Source of the DNA: an uncultured Flavobacteriales bacterium
GTDB taxonomy: Bacteria > Bacteroidota > Bacteroidia > Flavobacteriales > BACL11
Length of the DNA: 64,000 bases
Direction: 5' to 3'
NCBI GenBank assembly: GCA_949372805.1
Contig: CASIBH010000013.1
Coordinates: 14,342 to 78,341, forward strand
The notes beneath the pieces were generated by a model. The model was not told the DNA's origin and ran no database searches. It was given only the letters and a program-made list of their open reading frames with translations. Of the stretch, positions 58,051-64,000 are shown piece after piece (position 1 is the stretch's first letter; every line of letters begins with the position of its first letter). A program made the translations under genes and the position numbers.

Positions 58051-59027
58051 TTAATAAAAGATGATGAGTCAATCATTTTATTTTGACTATTTTGATATAG
58101 TGCATAATTAAAACCTTTTTGAACAGCGTAAGCGCCATGCTCCCCTTTTTTGTTTATTGCTAGGTAGCCAATTTGCATGTCTTTATAATTTTGGTTTTTT
58201 ACAATTCTAGAGATACCTTCTTCGCACGCCTCTTGAGGACTTGCTCCTTGCCTCATGAGCTCTACTATTAAAAATGATCCAAGTGTTTTCATAACAGCTT
58301 CCCCAACCCCTGTGGCACAACATCCGCCAATTTCATTATCAACAAACATACCAGCTCCAATAATTGGAGAATCTCCAACCCTCCCATGCATTTTCCATGC
58401 AAGACCTGATGTTGTACATGCTCCAGAAATATTATTTTTTTGATCAATAGCAAGCAGACCAATTGTATCATGATTCTCAACATTTATTATTGGCTTATAT
58501 TTAGAGTCTTTTAACCACTCTTCCCACTTCTCTCTCGCTTTATTTGTAAGTAAATCTTCTTTATGAAATCCGTTTTTTAATGCAAATTGTAAAGCGCCTT
58601 CACCAGAAAGCATTACATGAGGAGTTTTATCCATTACTTTTCTTGCTACAGAAATAGGATGTTTGATATTCTGAAGAAAACTTACGGAACCACAGTTACC
58701 AGTGTGATCCATAATACATGCATCTAAAGTGACATTTCCATCTCTATCTGGCCAGCCGCCATATCCAACACTTGTACATTCTGGATCTGCTTCTGCCACG
58801 CATACAGCAGCCTCAACGGCATCAATTGCATGAAAACCTTTGTTGATTAATTTATATGCTTCAGCATTTGCAGCTAATCCATGTTGCCAAGTAGAAATAA
58901 TTATTGGTAATCCCTTTTGAGAGTAAAGATTTTGTTTTTGTATTTTAGAGGAAGCTATTTTTGGTGTAATGATTGCACCTAGAGCTCCAATTGATGTTTT
59001 TTTAATAAAACTTCTTCGATCTGACAT
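58047..59027 (-). CDS. N4-(beta-N-acetylglucosaminyl)-L-asparaginase (glycosylasparaginase, Ntn hydrolase), Tat signal
   Basis: Twin-arginine motif SDRRSFIKK and the autoprocessing site HDTIGLLA (Thr nucleophile). Overall it resembles the characterised Elizabethkingia (Flavobacterium) enzyme. Confidence 0.9.
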   Translation of the reverse strand: MSDRRSFIKKTSIGALGAIITPKIASSKIQKQNLYSQKGLPIIISTWQHGLAANAEAYKLINKGFHAIDAVEAAVCVAEADPECTSVGYGGWPDRDGNVTLDACIMDHTGNCGSVSFLQNIKHPISVARKVMDKTPHVMLSGEGALQFALKNGFHKEDLLTNKAREKWEEWLKDSKYKPIINVENHDTIGLLAIDQKNNISGACTTSGLAWKMHGRVGDSPIIGAGMFVDNEIGGCCATGVGEAVMKTLGSFLIVELMRQGASPQEACEEGISRIVKNQNYKDMQIGYLAINKKGEHGAYAVQKGFNYALYQNSQNKMIDSSSFIK

Positions 59028-59029
59028 AG

Positions 59030-61456
59030 TTATTTATTTAAATCATAAAGAGACCAAATTAACAAATTTTCTCTATTAGATAAATTTCCTGTAAAGTTAA
59101 TAGTGTATTCAAAATTTGGTAATAATGTCAAATAGTTAGATTCAAATTTTATTCCTTGTAGTTCAAAGTAAACTTGAAATGCTGGTTTATCCACTGAGAT
59201 TGTTATTTGATTCTTTGACCAATCTATATTGTATGTTGGTTTAAGAAATTTTATATCCTTCACTTTTGATGTAAATATTGTTTTAGTAGAAATTTTTTGT
59301 TTTTTTAAATGGGCAATTATGAATTCATTTTGTCTATTATTTTGATAATTATTAATTATTTTATGACTTCCAAATTTTTTTAGATTAACATTTATTTTTT
59401 TAGTTTCTTTAGTTTTTACTCCATTTAAGTTATAACTATTAATAAATAAAGTATCTGTTATTTGCTGTTTTTTGTTAGACATGATCCAAATAGAATAATT
59501 TTCAGTATTGTTTTTAGAAATTGAAAGAGCAATTGGTGAAAATACATCTCTAGCAACATAGTGAAGAGCTTTCCAGTTCCCATAATAATCAATACTACTC
59601 CAGGAGGCTACAGGCCAACAATCATTTAATTGCCAATAGAGTGTTCCCATACAATATGGTTGAGACCTTCTGTGTGCTTCCAGACCTATTCTCATTCCTT
59701 CTGCTTGTAAAATTTGACTAGCATATATAAATTTATGAAAATCGGTAGGCTGATTATATTCTCTATTCATATATTCTTGAATTAGAGAATTTCCTCTTGG
59801 ATGTTTCTGATGAGAAAGCATAACTTTTGAATCTAAAAGCCAGTCTTTTTCGCTACTAAATTTTTTAATAGTAGATAGTTCAGGAAAAGATTGAAAACCA
59901 AACTCACTCATAAAACGAGGAACTTTTTTTTCGAATGTTGAGAATGGTTGAGAATCATGCCAAACTCCCCAATAGTGCACATCTCCTTCAAGATGATGAT
60001 TTTTATCCCCTCTTCCAAGTTTAGGAGAACTCTCCCAATATGGAACATCAGTTAATTTTTTTACCTCAGATGGGAGAATCTGATTAAATAGTTTTTTGTA
60101 GCCAAGGCTAATCTTATTTATTTCATTTTTCGATCGTGAATTTTGCCACCCCCAATTTTGCCAAGCTTCAGCAATTTCATTATTTCCACACCACAGTACT
60201 ATTGAACTATAATTTCTTAATCTTTTGATATTGTCCATTGCCTCTAGCCTCACATTTTCTAAAAAACTTTCATTGTCTGGGTACATTGCGCAAGCAAACA
60301 TGAAATCTTGCCAAACTAAGATTCCTAATGAGTCACATAATTTATAAAGAATATCCTCTTCATAAATTCCTCCACCCCAAACTCTAATCATATTCATATT
60401 TGCTGAAATAACTTCTTCAAGAATCTTCTGGTATCTTTCTTTACTAACATTATTTTGAAAGTTATCTTGTGGTATATAATTTGCCCCTTTCATAAAAATT
60501 GGCTCACCATTTATTTCAAAAAAGAAATTTTCTCCAATAGAATCTTTCGATGTGTTCAGCTTGATAGTTCTAAGGCCAATTTTTTTGTTTATACTGCTAA
60601 TTATCTTATTATTTTTCTTTAATAAAGTTTTAATATCATATAACTTTTGCTTTCCGTATCCATTAGGCCACCAAAGTTCCGGTTGTAATATCGAGTAATT
60701 TAATTCTATGTTTTGTAAACCCTTCTTTAGTTGTAGATCATATGACTGATTATTTATTACTATTTGGTATGATGACTTTTCAAGCACATCAATCTCAAAA
60801 TTAAACTTAAGTTGTGCGATTGAGTCTAAAATTTCTGTTTGTTCTATATACAGATCTTTTATTTCTGAATTTTTATGAGCTTTTATTTCGATTGGCCTCC
60901 AAATTCCTGAAACTTTAATTTTTGGACCCCAATCCCATCCATAGTGAAAGCCTGCTTTTCGTGTATGAACTTTACTGCCTCCAGGAAGCTTATATCCTAA
61001 CTCTTTTTCTTTTACCACTTCTTGTTCAGAGGCATTTTTAAAATTTATAACCAAAGTATTTTTTTCTTTCAATACATTTTTTAAAGGAATTACCCATTTT
61101 CTAAACATATTATCAGCTCTTAAAATAATCGAGTCATTTAAAATTACTTCTGCATATGTATCTAAGCCATGAAATGTGATCGAATGCTTATTAGCTGATA
61201 GAAAATTATTATTTAATGAGAAATTAGTTTTATAAATCCAGTCTTTATCACTAACCCACTGAACAGAATCTTCATTAGTTCCATAGAAAGGGTCTGGAAT
61301 TAAGTTGTGAAAAAGTAAATCAGAAAAATTGTTTCCAGGAACATTTGCTTTTCTCCACACATTTTCATTCTCAAAGGTCCAATTATCTAATGTGATAATC
61401 TTATTGTCAGAGCTGCAATTACTAAAAAAAATAAATATAAAAAAGTAGAGTTGCAA
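59030..61456 (-). CDS. GH2 beta-mannosidase lipoprotein
   Basis: N-terminal pattern WTFENE..WRKANVPGNNFSDLL..LIPDPFYG, WCGNNE, and FMSEFGFQSFP. About 800 aa. TTG start 2 nt after the cutC stop. Confidence 0.85.
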   Translation of the reverse strand: MQLYFFIFIFFSNCSSDNKIITLDNWTFENENVWRKANVPGNNFSDLLFHNLIPDPFYGTNEDSVQWVSDKDWIYKTNFSLNNNFLSANKHSITFHGLDTYAEVILNDSIILRADNMFRKWVIPLKNVLKEKNTLVINFKNASEQEVVKEKELGYKLPGGSKVHTRKAGFHYGWDWGPKIKVSGIWRPIEIKAHKNSEIKDLYIEQTEILDSIAQLKFNFEIDVLEKSSYQIVINNQSYDLQLKKGLQNIELNYSILQPELWWPNGYGKQKLYDIKTLLKKNNKIISSINKKIGLRTIKLNTSKDSIGENFFFEINGEPIFMKGANYIPQDNFQNNVSKERYQKILEEVISANMNMIRVWGGGIYEEDILYKLCDSLGILVWQDFMFACAMYPDNESFLENVRLEAMDNIKRLRNYSSIVLWCGNNEIAEAWQNWGWQNSRSKNEINKISLGYKKLFNQILPSEVKKLTDVPYWESSPKLGRGDKNHHLEGDVHYWGVWHDSQPFSTFEKKVPRFMSEFGFQSFPELSTIKKFSSEKDWLLDSKVMLSHQKHPRGNSLIQEYMNREYNQPTDFHKFIYASQILQAEGMRIGLEAHRRSQPYCMGTLYWQLNDCWPVASWSSIDYYGNWKALHYVARDVFSPIALSISKNNTENYSIWIMSNKKQQITDTLFINSYNLNGVKTKETKKINVNLKKFGSHKIINNYQNNRQNEFIIAHLKKQKISTKTIFTSKVKDIKFLKPTYNIDWSKNQITISVDKPAFQVYFELQGIKFESNYLTLLPNFEYTINFTGNLSNRENLLIWSLYDLNK

Positions 61457-61458
61457 TC

Positions 61459-62145
61459 TTATAAAGATTTAACTTTTTGAACAGCCATTTTAACGTTTTC
61501 ATATTTTGTTTCTAATTGTCCATTTTGTACTAGCTCTTTTCCTGAAAGATGAAACTCTCTAATTCCTATCTTATAAAGTGATTCGATATTATTATGATTA
61601 ACACCTCCTCCAGCAATTATATTAATCCTGTTTTTTGCTAATTTAACTATTTGTTTAAGATTTTCTATCCCATCAATTACATTTTCTTTTTGACCAGATG
61701 TTAGTATATAATCACATTTACAAGATATTATATCCTCTAATGCTTGTGGCATATTTAATACGCAATCAAATGCTCTATGAAATGTTACTTTCATAGGTTT
61801 GGCGGCTAACACCATAAGCTTTGTTTGTTCTTTGTTTACGGATAAGTTAGGATTTAATGCTCCAATTACAATCCCATCACATTTTAAATTTTTGCAGAAT
61901 TGTATATCTATTAAAATTTGTTGAAACTCTAATTTAGTATATTGAAATTGGTTAGCTTTTGGAAGAATTAGGATATGAATTTTTATATCTGATAATTCTC
62001 TAAGTTTGATTATTTCACTATTTGAAGGAGTAATGCCTCCCTGCTCTAAATTTTGACATAGTTCAATTCTTGAAGCTCCTGCTTTTATACCATTTAGTGC
62101 TGATTGAATTGAATTTGCACAGCACTCTAAATTAGTTATAGGCAT
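61459..62145 (-). CDS. cutC: CutC family TIM-barrel protein (biochemical function unknown)
   Basis: 228 aa with RIELC and VTFHRAFD motifs characteristic of the CutC family. No signal peptide. Confidence 0.85.
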   Translation of the reverse strand: MPITNLECCANSIQSALNGIKAGASRIELCQNLEQGGITPSNSEIIKLRELSDIKIHILILPKANQFQYTKLEFQQILIDIQFCKNLKCDGIVIGALNPNLSVNKEQTKLMVLAAKPMKVTFHRAFDCVLNMPQALEDIISCKCDYILTSGQKENVIDGIENLKQIVKLAKNRINIIAGGGVNHNNIESLYKIGIREFHLSGKELVQNGQLETKYENVKMAVQKVKSL

Positions 62146-62165
62146 TTGTTGAATTTACAGATTTT

Positions 62166-63500
62166 TTACATCTTAAAATCTTCCATGAATTTTGTTGTAT
62201 AATTTCCATCTAAGAAATCTGGATGTTTCATCAGTTTCTGATGAAATGGTATTGTTGTTTTTACTCCTTCGATTACAAATTCATCTAAAGCTCTTGTCAT
62301 TTTAGCAATTGCCTCCACTCTTGTTTGTGCTACTGTAATAACTTTTGCAATCATTGAGTCATAGTATGGAGGTATTGTGTAATTTGCATATACATGAGTA
62401 TCAATTCTTACTCCATGACCTCCAGGAGCATGAAAGTTTGTGATTAAACCTGGGCATGGTCTAAAGTCTTTTTCAGGATCTTCTGCGTTAATTCTACACT
62501 CAATTGCATGAAGTTGTGGAAAATAATTTTTACCAGATATCTTAGTTCCTGCCGCAACTTTAATTTGCTCTTTAATAAGATCAAAATCAACTACCTCCTC
62601 TGTTATAGGATGTTCAACTTGAATACGTGTATTCATTTCCATAAAATAGAAATCTCTATGTTTATCAACAAGAAATTCAACTGTACCAACACCTTCGTAT
62701 TTAACTGCTTCTGCAGCTTTTATTGCTGCTTCTCCCATTTTTTTTCTCAGCTTATCGGTCATAAATGGAGAGGGAGTTTCTTCAGCTAATTTTTGATGTC
62801 TTCTTTGTATTGAACAATCTCTTTCCGAGAGATGTGCAGCTTTTCCTGTATTATCACCAATTATTTGTATTTCAATATGTCGAGGATCTTCAATAAACTT
62901 TTCCATATACATACCATCATTACCAAATGCAGCCTTAGACTCGGTTCTCGCACTATCCCAAGATTCTTCAAGATTTTCTTCTTCCCAAACTAATCTCATT
63001 CCTTTTCCTCCTCCTCCTGCTGTTGCTTTTAACATAACTGGATAGCCAATTTCAAGTGCAATTTTCTTACAATTGTTAAAATCTTTAATTATTCCTTTCG
63101 ATCCAGGGATAGTTGGCACACCAGCTTTTTTCATTGTTTCTTTAGCTGATGCCTTGTCTCCCATTCCATCAATCATACTTGGAGAGGCTCCAATAAATTT
63201 AATATCATTTTCAGAACAAATTTTTGAAAAATTTGAGTTTTCCGCTAAAAATCCATATCCAGGATGAATTGCATCTGCATTAGTTATTTCGGCAGCAGCT
63301 ATAATATTTGGAATATGTAGGTATGATTCAGCACTGGAAGCAGGACCTATACATACTGCTTCGTCAGCAAATCTAACATGTAAGCTATCTTTATCAGCTT
63401 TAGAGTAGACTGCAACTGTAAGAATACCCATTTCTTTACAGGTTCTAATTACACGTAATGCAATTTCTCCTCTATTAGCTATAAGAATTTTATTAAACAT
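62166..63500 (-). CDS. accC: acetyl-CoA carboxylase biotin carboxylase subunit
   Basis: [20 protein letters not shown]-terminus and the ATP-grasp glycine loop GGGGKGMR. 444 aa. Confidence 0.95.
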   Translation of the reverse strand: MFNKILIANRGEIALRVIRTCKEMGILTVAVYSKADKDSLHVRFADEAVCIGPASSAESYLHIPNIIAAAEITNADAIHPGYGFLAENSNFSKICSENDIKFIGASPSMIDGMGDKASAKETMKKAGVPTIPGSKGIIKDFNNCKKIALEIGYPVMLKATAGGGGKGMRLVWEEENLEESWDSARTESKAAFGNDGMYMEKFIEDPRHIEIQIIGDNTGKAAHLSERDCSIQRRHQKLAEETPSPFMTDKLRKKMGEAAIKAAEAVKYEGVGTVEFLVDKHRDFYFMEMNTRIQVEHPITEEVVDFDLIKEQIKVAAGTKISGKNYFPQLHAIECRINAEDPEKDFRPCPGLITNFHAPGGHGVRIDTHVYANYTIPPYYDSMIAKVITVAQTRVEAIAKMTRALDEFVIEGVKTTIPFHQKLMKHPDFLDGNYTTKFMEDFKM

Positions 63501-63523
63501 ATTATTTAATATTTAAAAGTAAA

Positions 63524-64000
63524 TTATGAAGGGTCCACTAAAAATAGTGGCTGGTCAAATTCAATTGGAGATGCATCATCAACTAGTATTTTAACAATTT
63601 TTCCTGAAATTTCAGATTCAATTTCATTAAATAGCTTCATTGCTTCAACGATACATATGACATCTCCCTCATTTATTTGATCTCCAACACTTGCAAATGG
63701 TGGCTTGTCAGGCGATGCACTTCTATAGAAGGTTCCAATCATAGAAGATTTTATTTCTATAAGATGGCTGTCTTCATGCTCATCAGAATCTGATTTTATA
63801 ATCGCTTCTGAAGATATATTTTCTGTTGTAGGTATTGGTGTTGTAACTGAATGAACAGGAACTTGTTGAATAATATTTACAGGCTCTTCAGCTTCTCCTC
63901 TTTTCTTTTTTGCAGGAGATTTAATTGATATTTTAATATTATCAATTTCTAAATCAACTTCTGTAGCTCCAGACTTTGCTACAAATTTTATTAATTCTTG
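63524..64000 (-). CDS. accB: acetyl-CoA carboxylase biotin carboxyl carrier protein (5' end beyond the right edge)
   Basis: Biotinylation motif VEAMKLFNEIE. The frame stays open from the track Met (63742) up to base 64000 (QELIKFVAKSGATEVDLEIDNIKISIK...), so the gene is truncated by the window. Confidence 0.85.
   Translation of the reverse strand, partial: QELIKFVAKSGATEVDLEIDNIKISIKSPAKKKRGEAEEPVNIIQQVPVHSVTTPIPTTENISSEAIIKSDSDEHEDSHLIEIKSSMIGTFYRSASPDKPPFASVGDQINEGDVICIVEAMKLFNEIESEISGKIVKILVDDASPIEFDQPLFLVDPS

Noticed and set aside
62146-62165. Whether accB-accC and the cutC/N-glycan genes form one transcript (20-nt gap with no -7 box or hairpin).
   Set aside because: This cannot be decided from sequence. 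Spacing is uninformative in this compact genome, and a promoter could lie inside accC. It is left as an open caveat in the CutC finding.
1-64000. Searched by eye for CRISPR arrays, tRNA/rRNA/tmRNA genes, IS elements or transposases, integrases, phage genes, toxin-antitoxin pairs and defence-system ATPases or nucleases.
   Set aside because: None found. The largest non-coding gaps are 130, 117, 95 and 93 nt and show no cloverleaf-like or repeat-spacer structure. Every sizeable ORF has a metabolic, housekeeping or envelope assignment.

Overview
This is an AT-rich (about 30% GC by eye), very gene-dense chromosomal segment of a Bacteroidota, Flavobacteriia-type genome. Supporting signs are T9SS C-terminal sorting domains, TAnnTTTG -7 promoter boxes, many lipoprotein signal peptides and Flavobacteriia-typical DUF genes. 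I count about 58 protein genes and see no rRNA, tRNA, CRISPR, IS or phage-like elements. Summing the gaps between my gene calls leaves only about 1.2 kb non-coding. The left third is housekeeping (rnpA-yidD, alr, tdk, rsmI, recJ, dnaG, rlmN, ispD, queA, truB, uppP, ftsX, leuS). Three accessory modules stand out. (1) 22.1-31.2 kb is one tightly coupled operon encoding the whole kynurenine pathway (TDO, formamidase-like cyclase, KMO, kynureninase, HAAO) plus the ACMSD / aminomuconate-semialdehyde dehydrogenase / RidA-deaminase branch. It also holds an atypical SDR lacking the YxxxK catalytic pair, which I propose as a candidate for the still gene-less reduction step to 2-oxoadipate. (2) 45.4-51.3 kb has a SusD-less TonB-dependent receptor flanked by two T9SS-secreted proteins with nuclease-associated domains (a lamin-tail-domain protein and a multidomain endonuclease I), possibly an extracellular-DNA utilisation locus. 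(3) 51.3-62.1 kb is a lysosome-like N-glycan exo-degradation operon (CutC, GH2 beta-mannosidase, Tat-exported glycosylasparaginase, GH20, GH92, MFS sugar permease) that places the function-orphan CutC in a glycan context. Smaller oddities include a DUF4197 gene whose signal peptide is out of frame at a T-run, and an orphan Cys-rich acidic mini-lipoprotein with its own promoter and terminator. There is also a perfectly palindromic divergent -7 box, and several convergent genes overlap at their 3' ends. All family assignments come from motif recognition by eye, without database searches.
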